Below are positions 19,776-32,084 of a stretch of DNA of 64,000 bases, one piece after another. Below the pieces are notes generated by a model that made no database searches, was not told the origin of the DNA, and saw nothing but the letters and a program-made list of their open reading frames with translations. Every line of letters starts with the position of its first letter. Positions within the stretch are counted from its first letter, which is position 1. A program made the translations under genes and the position numbers. Source of the stretch: an uncultured Nitrospiraceae bacterium (lineage in GTDB: Bacteria; Nitrospirota; Thermodesulfovibrionia; Thermodesulfovibrionales; UBA6898); contig CAWEQH010000001.1 in assembly GCA_963811165.1 (NCBI GenBank), positions 64,001 to 128,000 on the forward strand, read 5' to 3'.

Positions 19776-20393
19776 ATGGTCAAGGTTAAAATCTGCGGCA
19801 TAACGAATCTTGAAGACGCGATGGCCGCCGTCGATTTCGGGGCCGATGCCCTCGGGTTTGTCTTTTTCAGGGAGAGTCCAAGACATATTACCCCGACAGA
19901 AGCGGCCGCCATCATCAGGTACCTCCCTCCCTTTATTCAGTCCGTCGGTGTCTTCGTCGATGAGACTGCCGAGACCATCGAACGAACAATCTCTTCATGC
20001 TGCATAGATATAATTCAGATGCACGGCAGTGAACCTCCTGAAAAATGCGGATCCTCCCGGCGCGTGATAAAGGCGATCCGGATCAAGAACCTGGACAGTC
20101 TTGCCCCCCTTGCCGGCTACCGGGGAATGGTTTCCGCCTTCCTCCTTGATGCCTACGCATCCGATGCCTTGGGCGGGACCGGCCGCGTATTCAACTGGGA
20201 TATCGCCGTCGAGGCTAAACAATTCGGCAACGTGATACTTGCAGGGGGACTGACTCCTGAGAACGTTTCGGATGCGGTACGGCATGTTCGTCCCTATGCA
20301 GTGGATGTCAGCAGCGGGGTCGAAAAGGCGAAGGGGAAAAAAAACCTTGCCAAGATGAGGTTGTTTATCGAGAGGGCAAAAGGGGCGATTTAG
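19776..20393 (+). CDS. trpF: Phosphoribosylanthranilate isomerase
   Basis: VKICGIT, GADALGFVF, ILAGGLTPENV, VDVSSGVE. Confidence 0.95.
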   Translation: MVKVKICGITNLEDAMAAVDFGADALGFVFFRESPRHITPTEAAAIIRYLPPFIQSVGVFVDETAETIERTISSCCIDIIQMHGSEPPEKCGSSRRVIKAIRIKNLDSLAPLAGYRGMVSAFLLDAYASDALGGTGRVFNWDIAVEAKQFGNVILAGGLTPENVSDAVRHVRPYAVDVSSGVEKAKGKKNLAKMRLFIERAKGAI

Positions 20394-20507
20394 AGATTAC
20401 GCTACCGCAGTCATGAAGCGTTCTTATTTAAGATTTCTCCCCGCCTTACTTTTTCTCTTATCTGTTTTTCCTTCCTGCCCAAGAAAAGTTCGTTGAACTT
20501 AAAAAAT

Positions 20508-20583
20508 TGGTGGCGGTGCAGGGATTCGAACCCCGGACACTGCGAATATGAGTCGCATGCTCTACCACCTGAGCTACACCGCC
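20508..20583 (-). tRNA. tRNA with CAT anticodon, most likely elongator tRNA-Met
   Basis: GGCGGTGTAGCTCAGGTGGTAGAGCA TGCGA CTCATAT TCGCA GTGTCCGGGGTTCGAATCCCTG CACCGCC ACCA; 76 nt, encoded CCA, paired G1-C72 (so not initiator). Confidence 0.93.
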
Positions 20584-20668
20584 GTTGAGGGTAAACAGTG
20601 AATAGTCTAAAGGCAACTGCAAAGAAAATTCAATAAATCCGACCTAAATTATACCAAAAACAGCTCTA

Positions 20669-21790
20669 CTAATAAAAGAGGGAGAACCTGCGGGTGCGGA
20701 TGTTTATGAGGACCCCGGCCGAGATGAAATTAGAAAGCAGCGCGGTGCCGCCGTAACTCATAAACGGAAGGGGGATCCCTACGACCGGCATAATGCCAAG
20801 GGTCATTCCGATGTTTACGATGAAGTAGACGGAGAACATGAAGGTGATCCCTGCGGCCAGCATCATCCCGAATTCGTCTTTCGCCTTCCGCACGGTGTCA
20901 AGCCCCCGCATGATAAGGAGGAGGTAAAGTGAGAGCAGGATGAGTGACCCGCCGAACCCCCACTCCTCCGCAAATACCGCGAAGATAAAATCGGTATGCC
21001 TTTCAGGAAGGAACTTGAACGGCCCCTGGGTCCCCTTGAGGAAACCCTTTCCGAAAATTTCTCCGGACCCTACCGCAACCTTCGACTGGTTGATATGGTA
21101 CCCTATGCCTGAAGGGTCCGCTTCGGGGTCGACAAAGGCGATCAGCCTGTTTTTCTGGTAGTCTTTGAGCCCGGTCCACATGATGTTCCCAAGGAAAGGC
21201 AGGGAGACGAGCCCTATTATTACCACAAGGGCGACGGCCCTGCGCTGAAGCCCCTTTGTCAGGAGCATCGAAAAAAAGATGATAAATACCACGATGGCGG
21301 TCCCGAGATCAGGCTGTTTGACGAGAAGGACAAAAGGGAGAAACGCAATTACGAAAAATACCCTGAGCAACTGGACTATGTCCACCTCGCCGTGGAGAAG
21401 GCTCAAATATTGCGAGAGCATGATGATGAAGATCAATTTGAAAAATTCCGACGGCTGAAACGCCACAGGCCCCAGACTTATCCAGCGCTGGGCACCCATG
21501 CCTGTCTTGCCTGAGACAAGGACGATAAGGAGGAAAATTAATCCGGTCACATAGGCGGGGACCGAAATGCGGCTGAGCCATATATAATCGAAGCTCACAG
21601 AGGCGATCAGGCCGATCAGACCGATTAAAAGCCATATCGACTGTTTGATGAAAAGGGGAGATTGGGCAGTCTCGCCCGGCGGGCGCGTTGCGCTAAAGAC
21701 TGTCATAATGCCGATGAGCGATATAATGATTACTGTCGCGAAGGTCACCCAGTCGAAATTCTGTATCAGTCTCCTGTCAATTTTGAACAT
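20669..21790 (-). CDS. rodA: Rod shape-determining protein RodA (SEDS)
   Basis: GAQRWI, FQPSEF, QPDLGTA, LPERHTDFIF, PFMSYGG; mre operon context. Confidence 0.95.
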   Translation of the reverse strand: MFKIDRRLIQNFDWVTFATVIIISLIGIMTVFSATRPPGETAQSPLFIKQSIWLLIGLIGLIASVSFDYIWLSRISVPAYVTGLIFLLIVLVSGKTGMGAQRWISLGPVAFQPSEFFKLIFIIMLSQYLSLLHGEVDIVQLLRVFFVIAFLPFVLLVKQPDLGTAIVVFIIFFSMLLTKGLQRRAVALVVIIGLVSLPFLGNIMWTGLKDYQKNRLIAFVDPEADPSGIGYHINQSKVAVGSGEIFGKGFLKGTQGPFKFLPERHTDFIFAVFAEEWGFGGSLILLSLYLLLIMRGLDTVRKAKDEFGMMLAAGITFMFSVYFIVNIGMTLGIMPVVGIPLPFMSYGGTALLSNFISAGVLINIRTRRFSLFY

Positions 21791-23558
21791 GTATCAGTTC
21801 CCTCTTTTTCTCGAGTGGAAGCATGTATGCCTCAATCGCCTTTTTTGCGATCGGCGCCGCTGCAGTCCCTCCATGGCCGCCATGTTCGACAAGCACCGAC
21901 ATCGCGACTTCGGGCTTATCAACCGGAGCAAATGCGACGAACCAGGCGTGGTCCCTGAATTGTTCCGAAAGGAATTTAGGTCCCTTGCGGTTCGCCACCA
22001 CCTGTGCGGTCCCGGTCTTGCCGCCTATCGTTGTTACGTTAGATTTCGCAACCCAGCCGGTCCCGCCGGGTTCGTTGACGACCCCCCTCAGGGCGTCTTT
22101 TACCTTTTCGAGCGTATCGGGTCTTATGCCCGCCTCCATGACGAGTTCAGGACGTGCGCCCTTGAGGATCGTCGGTTTGTATACCTTTCCGCCGTTAGAG
22201 ACCGCCGACATCATCACCGCCATCTGCACCGGGGTGGCCGAGACATAGCCCTGGCCGATAGAGTTGACGAAGGTCTCGCCAAGAAACCACGGTGCCTTTT
22301 TCGTCTCCATCTTCCACTTCGTGTTGGGGATCAACCCCTTCTTTTCCACGCCCAGAGGGACGCCGGTCTCTTTCCCGAGGCCGAACTTCGATGCGTAGGC
22401 GTAGATCTTGTCTATGCCCAGGCGTCTTCCGACGTCATAGAAATAGACATCGCAAGACTCCACAAGTGCCCTGTGCAAAGAGATGCTGCCGTGGCCGGTT
22501 TTCCGCCAGCAACCGAAATGCCATTTGCCGTAGCTGATGCCTCCCCTGCAATCGACCTTTGTTGAGTCATTGATGACGCCCTCTTCGAGCCCCGCTATAG
22601 CCATGATGATCTTGAAGGTGGAACCCGGGGGGTACTGGCTCTGTATGGCCCTGTTCAGCATCGGCAGGTTCTTGTCTTTGCTGAGGGACTCCCACTCGTC
22701 GTAGGCGATCCCCTTAGCGAATTTGTTCGGATCGAATGAAGGGGAACTTACATACCCGAGTATCTCTCCGGTATCGGGCTTGATTGCGACGAGTGCGCCG
22801 GTCCTGCCACCGAAGGCTTTTTCAGCCTCACTCTGCAGAGCGACATCAATACTGAGGGTAAGGTCTTCCCCTTTTACCGGGGGCTTTTCCAACAGCAACC
22901 GGATCTCCCTTCCGAGGGCGTCCACTTCGATTACCCTCTGACCGGCGGTGCCCCTGAGTGACTTGTCGAAGAGCTTTTCAACTCCCCACTGGCCGATAAA
23001 TGCGTTAAGGGGGACGTCCCTGTTTTCAGGGTTCTTCGCTTGTTTCGGCGTCATCTTGCCCAGGTATCCGACAAGATGTGCGCCCGCCGTCCCGAAGAGA
23101 TACCCCCTGCTGACCCCGATCTCTACCAAAAGACCGGGGAAATCGGACCTGCGCGCCTCGATATAGCCCACCTCTTTGGCGGAAAGCCCCTCCTTTAGTC
23201 TTACCGGTGTAAATGGGCTCTGCTCAGTCCTGTGTATTTTGTTCTCCAACTCGGCTTCGGTGATGCCCAATAGGTTGGAGAGTGAGGACAGGTTATTGCT
23301 GGTAAATTCCGCGGGTATGATAGATGCGCAGAAATAAGGGACATTTTTTACGAGAGGGATCCCGTTTCTGTCGAATATAATTCCCCGCGGAGCAGGCACT
23401 CCGATGACCCTCAGCCGGTTGGATTCGGATATCTTTCTGAAAGCGCTTCCCTGAATTACCTGCAGCTGCCAGAGCCGGACCAGGATTATCGAAAATCCTG
23501 CGATGAGCAGGTACCCGATAATTCGTACCTTCCCCTGGATTTTATTTTCAGTCGACAT
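21777..23558 (-). CDS. mrdA: Penicillin-binding protein 2
   Basis: PAPRGIIFDRNG, GSTFK, SCD, KTGTAQ. Confidence 0.95.
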   Translation of the reverse strand: MSTENKIQGKVRIIGYLLIAGFSIILVRLWQLQVIQGSAFRKISESNRLRVIGVPAPRGIIFDRNGIPLVKNVPYFCASIIPAEFTSNNLSSLSNLLGITEAELENKIHRTEQSPFTPVRLKEGLSAKEVGYIEARRSDFPGLLVEIGVSRGYLFGTAGAHLVGYLGKMTPKQAKNPENRDVPLNAFIGQWGVEKLFDKSLRGTAGQRVIEVDALGREIRLLLEKPPVKGEDLTLSIDVALQSEAEKAFGGRTGALVAIKPDTGEILGYVSSPSFDPNKFAKGIAYDEWESLSKDKNLPMLNRAIQSQYPPGSTFKIIMAIAGLEEGVINDSTKVDCRGGISYGKWHFGCWRKTGHGSISLHRALVESCDVYFYDVGRRLGIDKIYAYASKFGLGKETGVPLGVEKKGLIPNTKWKMETKKAPWFLGETFVNSIGQGYVSATPVQMAVMMSAVSNGGKVYKPTILKGARPELVMEAGIRPDTLEKVKDALRGVVNEPGGTGWVAKSNVTTIGGKTGTAQVVANRKGPKFLSEQFRDHAWFVAFAPVDKPEVAMSVLVEHGGHGGTAAAPIAKKAIEAYMLPLEKKRELIHVQN

Positions 23559-24003
23559 GTCTGGGCCCCATGAATATGCCCGCGGGCGAGTTCAGAAGCG
23601 CCTGCATGACCGTCACGAAAAGCGCCTCAGGAAGTGTCGCGGGCATCTTGTCGAAGATGGTCCTGGTCCAAAAAACAATGAAGTTGTCCGAGGCGGTCAG
23701 GAGCGCCACGGCAATAGCACCCACTACAGGGGTCCATCTGAAAAATCCGCCGGAGATAAAAAAGTAGGAAGAAAAACCGATAATGCCCTTGCTTAGCATG
23801 CGGGGCCCGATAAAGGACCCCGAGAGCGCATCTTCGAGGGCGCCGGTGAGGGCACCGAGCAAAAGACCTTTGGTCTCTCCATACTTCATCCCTATATAGA
23901 AGATCAGCAAGGCGGTCAAATCCGGTGAGATCCCGAGAACGGATATCCTGCCCTGCAGGAAGAAAGTGAGGAATACCGTAGCCGCAAGAAACAGATATTT
24001 CAC
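23548..24003 (-). CDS. mreD: Rod shape-determining protein MreD
   Basis: Hydrophobic protein with PDL motif, located between mreC and mrdA. Confidence 0.85.
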   Translation of the reverse strand: MKYLFLAATVFLTFFLQGRISVLGISPDLTALLIFYIGMKYGETKGLLLGALTGALEDALSGSFIGPRMLSKGIIGFSSYFFISGGFFRWTPVVGAIAVALLTASDNFIVFWTRTIFDKMPATLPEALFVTVMQALLNSPAGIFMGPRHVD

Positions 24004-24782
24004 TTTACTATTGCTACTTCCTCTATTTTTGTGGTGTCCTGAAACGGCAGGACCTCTATATACTGGAAATAGCCTCCTCCGGTCTTGCTGTCAACTTTCG
24101 TCACGTACCCCACCGGAATGCCCGGGGGAAAAAGCATGTCTAATCCGGAGGTGATCACGATATCGCCCGTTTTCACCGTTTCCTCAAAGGGGACATATTT
24201 CAAGATGCAGCTTCTCGATCCGGTACCGGAAAGTACACCTTCTGCCCTGCTTCCCTGAAGCCTGACCGAAGCGGAGAAATTGATATCATTAAGCAAAAGC
24301 AGATAGGCGAAGGAGTCAGACGCGCTTGCGACTTTTCCCGCAAGCCCCTTCGGCGTTATGGCGGTCATGTCTTTGGCCACGCCGTCCTTTGCCCCTTTAT
24401 CGATGAGGAGTGTGTGCGTCCAGTTGTCGGTCCCTCTGGCGATGACCCTGGCGGAGGCTATATAATTTTTTTTGTATTCCCGGAGGGAGAGAAGTTCCCT
24501 AAGCCGTTTGTTTTCCAGGACGACCTCCCGGTATCTTTCCTCTTCAAGCTCCAGTTCTGCAACCTTTTTTTTCAGTTCAACATTCTCTTTCTCCCTCAAG
24601 GCTATCATCTGAAACGGTCTTTTTACCGCTTCCGTCAGCGATTGCGACAACGCATGCAGACGGTTGAGAGGCCCGCTTATGAAGTGCACCGATAAGGAAG
24701 GGCCATTTTTACTTTGATACGTCATGAGGACAAAGGAAAAAATGACTAAGATAAAAAAAAGAAGGGTCTTTTTCCTGGGCAT
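24000..24782 (-). CDS. mreC: Rod shape-determining protein MreC
   Basis: TM + coiled coil, ENKRLRELL, IDKG, ITSGLDMLFPPGIPVG. Confidence 0.93.
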   Translation of the reverse strand: MPRKKTLLFFILVIFSFVLMTYQSKNGPSLSVHFISGPLNRLHALSQSLTEAVKRPFQMIALREKENVELKKKVAELELEEERYREVVLENKRLRELLSLREYKKNYIASARVIARGTDNWTHTLLIDKGAKDGVAKDMTAITPKGLAGKVASASDSFAYLLLLNDINFSASVRLQGSRAEGVLSGTGSRSCILKYVPFEETVKTGDIVITSGLDMLFPPGIPVGYVTKVDSKTGGGYFQYIEVLPFQDTTKIEEVAIVK

Positions 24783-24786
24783 TACA

Positions 24787-26258
<1,472 letters not shown>

Positions 26259-26426
26259 ATGCCTTTACTTTTTTCAATAAAACCATAAAATCAACAAAAG
26301 CCAAAAGAGCTGTTATAATGTACGTAACCAAGTGAGCATATAGGATAATCCAGGTCTCTTTCCGGGGTAAAATCGGATATTTTCAGACGTGGAGGAATGT
26401 TTCCTAAGAAAGGAATACGTAGGAGC

Positions 26427-28150
26427 ATGAGCGGAGTACTTGATCAATTAGAAGAGCTGACTAAGGAGCCGAAGATCGCCTACTTTTCTATGGAGATAGG
26501 CGTACATAACGATATCCCGACTTATAGCGGGGGCCTGGGCGTGCTGGCCGGCGACACCATAAGGTCCGCAGCGGACCTCAGGCTTCCGATGGTGGCGGTC
26601 ACACTCCTCTGTAAGAAAGGATATTTTACACAGGACATCGACGATACCGGATGGCAGACCGAACTCCCCTTTCTATGGTCGCCTTCGCAGTATATGGAGC
26701 TTTTGCCGCAAAGGGCGACGGTCCAGATCGAGGGCCGTGAAGTCTCTGTCCAGGCATGGTTTTACAATGTGAAGAGTCTTACGGGTGGAAACATCCCTGT
26801 TTTTTTCTTGATACCGACATCGTCGAAAATCAGGCCCAGGACCGAGAAGTCACGGCCTATCTCTACGGCGGAGACAAGACCTACAGGCTCAAGCAGGAGA
26901 TAGTGCTTGGCCTCGGGGGCGTAAGGATGCTCCATGAGATGGGGTTTGAGATAAAGAAGTATCATATGAATGAGGGCCATGCAAGCTTTCTGACCCTCGA
27001 ACTTCTCCAAAGGTCCAAGAGGCCTATCGAGGACGTATGGGACGAAAAGCTTGTATGGGACAGACGCAGCGTGAAGAACCTCTGCGTCTTCACGACGCAT
27101 ACGCCTGTTGAGGCAGGGCATGATAAATTCCCTTACGACCTTGTCTCGCGGGTGATGGGAGAGATAATCCCTGTCCCTGTTTTGAAGGAACTTGCCGGCA
27201 AAGATTATCTCAACATGACCATGCTCGCGCTAAATCTAAGCCGCTACATCAATGGGGTTGCCAAGAAACACGGCGAGGTCTCGCAGAGCATGTTCCCCGG
27301 CTATGAGATACATGCGATTACCAACGGGGTCCATTCCTATACCTGGACATGCGACAGCTTCAAGAAGGTGTTTGACGAATATCTCCCCGGATGGGCCAAC
27401 GAGCCGGAGCTTTTCGTAAGGGTGGGGCGTGTCCCCGACGAGAGGTTGTGGGGGGCTCATATGGAGGCAAAAAAACTCCTCGTCGGTCTCGCGAGGGAGA
27501 AAACAGGTGTTGAACTGTCCACGGATCTCCTTACGATAGGCTTTGCCAGGCGGGCAACGGCGTATAAGAGGGCCGACCTGCTCTTCAGGGATATCGCCCG
27601 TCTCGAAAGGATAGGCGCCGGCAAGATACAGCTTGTGTATGCGGGGAAGGCGCATCCCCAGGACGAGGCCGGCAAGAAACTGATTCAGAATATCTTCAGG
27701 TATAAGGAACTTCTCAAGGACAAGATCAAGATCGTGTACCTGAAGAATTATGACATGAAGACGGCGCTTAAGATTATCTCAGGGGTAGACATTTGGATGA
27801 ATACCCCGCTTAGGCCTCTTGAAGCGTCAGGGACCAGCGGGATGAAGGCGACCCATAACGGGGTCATGAACTTCAGCGTGCTCGACGGCTGGTGGATAGA
27901 GGGACATATCGAAGGGTTCACCGGCTGGTCCATCGGGCCTGCGCCGCAGGAGCTCACGCCGGGGGCCGATGCGGATGCGCGTGATTCCGAGGACCTCTAT
28001 GATAAACTCGAAAACACAATTATCCCCATCTATTACCATGACAGGCATACCTGGATAAGGATGATGCAAAACGCGATCGGGAAGAACGCCTATTATTTCA
28101 ACAGCCATCGTATGATGCGCAGGTATGTCACAGAGGCGTATATAAGATAG
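26427..28150 (+). pseudogene. glgP: Alpha-glucan phosphorylase, frameshifted at a T7 run (26800-26806)
   Basis: IAYFSME, YSGGLGVLAGD in frame 1; LDTD, HMNEGH, FARRATAYKR, EASGTSGMK in frame 2; adding one T gives PVFFLDTD. Confidence 0.88.
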
Positions 28151-28180
28151 CAGGAAATCAGCCGGGTACGTATCGCTTGC

Positions 28181-28501
28181 TTACCTTAGCTTCCTGTTGC
28201 AGTGCATGCAGTATTCCTTATCAGGGACGAAACTCCCGCAGGTGGTGCACTGGATCATTTCGATAGGCAGTTCCTTCTTACAAAACTTGCATGAGGTATC
28301 ATTGAGTGGAATGATATGCGCACAATACGCACACCTCTTCGTCTTGCCCTTGGCTACTACAGGCGGCAGAAAGAAAAGGAGGAAGACAAGCGGGGGCAGG
28401 AAAAAACAGAGCAATCCCCACGTCAGTTTGTCCCTGCCGTTCTTATCTGCGATCAAAGCCCCGGCCAGGCCGGCGATGACGAAGATGAATAACCTATTCA
28501 T
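28181..28501 (-). CDS. Small membrane protein with double zinc ribbon
   Basis: Two TM segments then CAYC, CKFC, CTTC, CMHC; likely start ATG 28501 overlapping the upstream stop. Confidence 0.7.
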   Translation of the reverse strand: MNRLFIFVIAGLAGALIADKNGRDKLTWGLLCFFLPPLVFLLFFLPPVVAKGKTKRCAYCAHIIPLNDTSCKFCKKELPIEMIQCTTCGSFVPDKEYCMHCNRKLR

Positions 28502-29297
28502 CTTTTCTCTTCTCAGCAAGAAGGGTGAGCGCCTTGCGAAAGAGCTCCTCGTTTCCCGCAGCAAGGAGCGGAGAACTCTTTTTGAGTCCAAGCCGGATGC
28601 CGCCTATGTCTTCACCTTCGGTATTCGTAATGATTCCGCCGGCCTCTTTCACAAGGAGCCAACCGCCGGCGAAATCGAAGCTCCTCGAAGGAGAGGGGCA
28701 TACGAAAACGCTGACTGAACCCGAGGCAAGATAGGCAAGGTCGAGGGCGGTCGACCCCAGACACCTTGTTTTACGCGACCGGGAAAGAAGGGGCATGATT
28801 GCAGGAATGTCCCTGCCCGGTGACTGGGCCTCGTATGCGGCAAGGTTCAATTCGTCGTCACGCTGGGTAAGAAGTCTTTTCCCGTTCATGAATGCACCCT
28901 TGCCTTTTTCCGCCCAGAATTCATCTCCGGAGACAAGGTCGATAACATAAGAAAGGGTCACTCCGGACAAATTTTCCCCCGATGAAACCGCGATTGAAGT
29001 GCAATAGATCGGGATCCCCGATATCGCGTTTTTACTTCCGTCAACAGGATCTATGACCACCCTTATCCCGCCGCCGCCCAGCTCCTGGGCCCCAAGTTCT
29101 TCAGATATAACGGTAATGGGCTCCTTCAATGAGGCGAGTCCGGCGAGGACTATCTCTTCGGCCCTTTTATCGATCGGGAAAGTCTTGTCGCCACCGGCCC
29201 CGATACCGAGCGGGATTTTTATGTCGGGCGAATTTCTGAGCCCGGAGATTTCCTTTATAAGGCTCTTTCCTATTTTTCTGAGGTCAGCGATACGCAT
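28494..29297 (-). CDS. Inositol monophosphatase / FBPase (FIG superfamily, archaeal-like)
   Basis: GAGGDKT, ISEE, IDPVDGSKNA, RCLGSTALDL, RSFDFAGG. Confidence 0.85.
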   Translation of the reverse strand: MRIADLRKIGKSLIKEISGLRNSPDIKIPLGIGAGGDKTFPIDKRAEEIVLAGLASLKEPITVISEELGAQELGGGGIRVVIDPVDGSKNAISGIPIYCTSIAVSSGENLSGVTLSYVIDLVSGDEFWAEKGKGAFMNGKRLLTQRDDELNLAAYEAQSPGRDIPAIMPLLSRSRKTRCLGSTALDLAYLASGSVSVFVCPSPSRSFDFAGGWLLVKEAGGIITNTEGEDIGGIRLGLKKSSPLLAAGNEELFRKALTLLAEKRKDE

Positions 29298-29418
29298 ATC
29301 TCAAGTATTTTACGCGAACCGTTACATTCCGGCAACCGCGTCTGACGGAAATTCACTCATGACAGAGGGAGAAAGCAAAAAAGTTGTCCGGGTTAGAGAA
29401 AAGTTTTACTATAAAGGC

Positions 29419-30735
29419 ATGAAGATATGGAAGCTGTTTTTCATTTTAGTGATGGTCCTTTCTCCGGTTGCGGCCGATGCGGTAGACGTAAAGGAGTATA
29501 ATCTCGAAAACGGGCTGAAGGTCCTCATTGTCGAAGATCATAAGGCCCCTACTGCGACGTTTCAGGTATGGTACAGGGTCGGTTCGGTTAACGAAAAGAT
29601 CGGGAAGACCGGCCTGAGTCATTTCCTTGAACATATGATGTTCAGGGGCACATCCAAGTATGGTCCGAAGACCTTTTCCCAAACGATTCAGAGGGCCGGC
29701 GGAATGGACAATGCCTTTACCACCCGCGATTATACCGCCTATTTCGAGCTCCTCGCTTCAGACCGTATCGGGCCTCCTATGGATATGGAGGCAGACAGGA
29801 TGAAGAACCTTGCCCTCACTCCGGCATCGGTTATGTCGGAGCTGGCTGTGGTAATGGAGGAGCGGAGGATGCGCTATGAAGACGACCCCCAGAATCTCGT
29901 CCATGAAGAGGTATTGGCAGCGGCCTTCAAGAACCATCCCTACCGGTGGCCCGTCATCGGGTGGATGTCGGACTTAAAGACGCTGGACCCGGAAGACCTC
30001 ATTGCCCACTATAAGACTTATTATGCGCCGAATAACGCCGTAGTCATTGTGGTCGGCGATGTCGACCCTGAGGATATTTTATTAAAGATAAAGGAATACT
30101 TCGGAAAGATCCAAAAAGGCCCTGCAATAAAAGAGGCAAAGGCCGGAGAGGACACTCAGTACGGCGAAAAGAGGATATACGTAAAGAAAGAGGCTGAATT
30201 GCCTTATATCCTTTCCGCCTACAAGGTCCCGGACATCAGGGATGAAGACGGCTGCGCACTTGAAGTGCTAGCCGGCGTCCTTTCGGGCGGCAAGAGTTCG
30301 CGGCTCTATAATTCTCTCGTGTACGAAAAGCAGCTTGCGCTCTCCGCCTGGGCGAGCTATGACGGAATGCACAGGGACCCTTTTCTCTTTTATGCCGGCG
30401 CGACTGCGTCTCACGGCAGGAAGATCGAAGACCTGGAAAATGCGCTTCTCGATGAGTTGGAAAAGATAAAGAAAGCGGCGCCTTCCGAGCGGGAAGTCCA
30501 GAAGGCAAAAAACCAGATTGCGGCATCCTTTATCATGGAACAGGACTCCGTATATATGCAGGCAAGGACCATCGGCACTTTCGAAATGATAGGGGGATGG
30601 AGGTTTATCGACAAGTACCTCGCCGGAATCAGTCAGGTGACTCCCGAAGACGTGAGGCGCGTGGCCGCAAAGTACCTTGTGGCAGACAGGAAGACAACGG
30701 GGATCCTTATCCCTCAAGAGGGGGAGAGAAGATAA
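29419..30735 (+). CDS. M16 family zinc protease, catalytic subunit
   Basis: Signal peptide; HFLEH (HxxEH), NAFTT, YYAPNNA. Confidence 0.92.
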   Translation: MKIWKLFFILVMVLSPVAADAVDVKEYNLENGLKVLIVEDHKAPTATFQVWYRVGSVNEKIGKTGLSHFLEHMMFRGTSKYGPKTFSQTIQRAGGMDNAFTTRDYTAYFELLASDRIGPPMDMEADRMKNLALTPASVMSELAVVMEERRMRYEDDPQNLVHEEVLAAAFKNHPYRWPVIGWMSDLKTLDPEDLIAHYKTYYAPNNAVVIVVGDVDPEDILLKIKEYFGKIQKGPAIKEAKAGEDTQYGEKRIYVKKEAELPYILSAYKVPDIRDEDGCALEVLAGVLSGGKSSRLYNSLVYEKQLALSAWASYDGMHRDPFLFYAGATASHGRKIEDLENALLDELEKIKKAAPSEREVQKAKNQIAASFIMEQDSVYMQARTIGTFEMIGGWRFIDKYLAGISQVTPEDVRRVAAKYLVADRKTTGILIPQEGERR

Positions 30736-32081
30736 TGGGTAAAAACGAAAGAGAGCCGATGAAGCGCCTCTGCCTGCTTTTCTTGTGTTTTGTTTTTTTC
30801 AGTCCGGCTGCGGCATATGCCGCCGGGATGGCCGAAAGGGAGGCCCTTCCGGACGGATTGATCCTCCTTCATGCGCAAAGGAGCGCGCTCCCTGTCGTCA
30901 GAGTGGTCCTCGCGATCAAAGCGGGAAGCATTACCGAGCCCCCTGAAAAGGCGGGGCTCGCAAACCTGACCGCGGACCTTCTCAGTGAAGGGACTGCAAG
31001 GCGTTCTTCCAAGGAGATCAGCGACGCGATTGAATTTGTCGGAGGCGAACTCGGCACCTCAGGCGGCGCGGATTATATTACGGTGACCCTTTCCATCCTT
31101 AAAAAAGATGTGGAGCTCGGATTTGACCTTCTTTCGGACATTGTCATGAACCCCGTCTTCAGCGATGACGAGATAAAGAGGAGAAAGGCAGTAATAAAAA
31201 GCTCCATCATACAGCAAAAAGAAGAGCCTGGCATTGTCGCCTCCAAGGCCTTCAATAAGGCTGTTTTCGGCGACCATCCTTATGGGAGGCCGGTGGAAGG
31301 GACGGAAGAATCGCTCGATGCGATCGCCCGTGAGGACATAATTGCTTTTCACAGGGAATATTACGTGCCGAACAACGCCATTTTGTCCGTTGCGGGCGAC
31401 ATCACGAGGGGCGAACTCCGGTCGCTGCTCGACAAATATTTTAAAGACTGGGCAAAGAAGGGCATTGCCGAAAAAACGCTCCCGGCCATTAAGCCTGTCG
31501 TGGGGCCCAAGGTCATCAAGATCGACAAAGACCTGACCCAGGCCAATATCGTCCTCGGTCATCTCGGAATCAAAAGGGAAAATCCCGATTTCTACGCAGT
31601 ATCTGTGATGAATTACATACTGGGCGGCGGGGGATTTGCGTCTCGGATGATGGACAACATACGCGACAACAAAGGTCTATCGTACGACGTGCACAGTTTT
31701 TTCCTGGCCAACAAGTATGGGGGGAGTTTTCAGGCCGGCCTTCAGACAAAGAACCGCACTGCTCATATTGCCGTCGCTGAAATACTGAAGGAGATGGAGA
31801 GGATGCGTAGTGAACCTGTGACCGACAAGGAACTGAGCGATGCCAAATCATACCTGACCGGGAGTTTCCCCTTGAGGATTGATTCCAACAGCAAGATAGC
31901 AAGCTTTTTGGTCGCGGTGGAGTTTTATGGCCTGGGGCTCGACTATGTTGACCGATATAAGGAGCTCATCGAGTCTGTTACAAGAGACGACGTGCTGAGG
32001 GTAGCAAAAAAATATCTGCACACGAAAGACTACGTCCTTGTGCTGGTGGGAAACATGAAGCAGGTGACTTCGGGGGATTGA
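30735..32081 (+). CDS. M16 family peptidase, non-catalytic partner subunit
   Basis: GLANLTADLL (no HxxEH), GGGGFASR, IRDNKGLSY; coupled to the upstream gene via TAATG. Confidence 0.9.
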   Translation: MGKNEREPMKRLCLLFLCFVFFSPAAAYAAGMAEREALPDGLILLHAQRSALPVVRVVLAIKAGSITEPPEKAGLANLTADLLSEGTARRSSKEISDAIEFVGGELGTSGGADYITVTLSILKKDVELGFDLLSDIVMNPVFSDDEIKRRKAVIKSSIIQQKEEPGIVASKAFNKAVFGDHPYGRPVEGTEESLDAIAREDIIAFHREYYVPNNAILSVAGDITRGELRSLLDKYFKDWAKKGIAEKTLPAIKPVVGPKVIKIDKDLTQANIVLGHLGIKRENPDFYAVSVMNYILGGGGFASRMMDNIRDNKGLSYDVHSFFLANKYGGSFQAGLQTKNRTAHIAVAEILKEMERMRSEPVTDKELSDAKSYLTGSFPLRIDSNSKIASFLVAVEFYGLGLDYVDRYKELIESVTRDDVLRVAKKYLHTKDYVLVLVGNMKQVTSGD

Positions 32082-32084
32082 GGT

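Noticed and set aside
20400..20583. tRNA-Met as an integration site
   Set aside because: No integrase and no duplicated tRNA 3' end seen in the window
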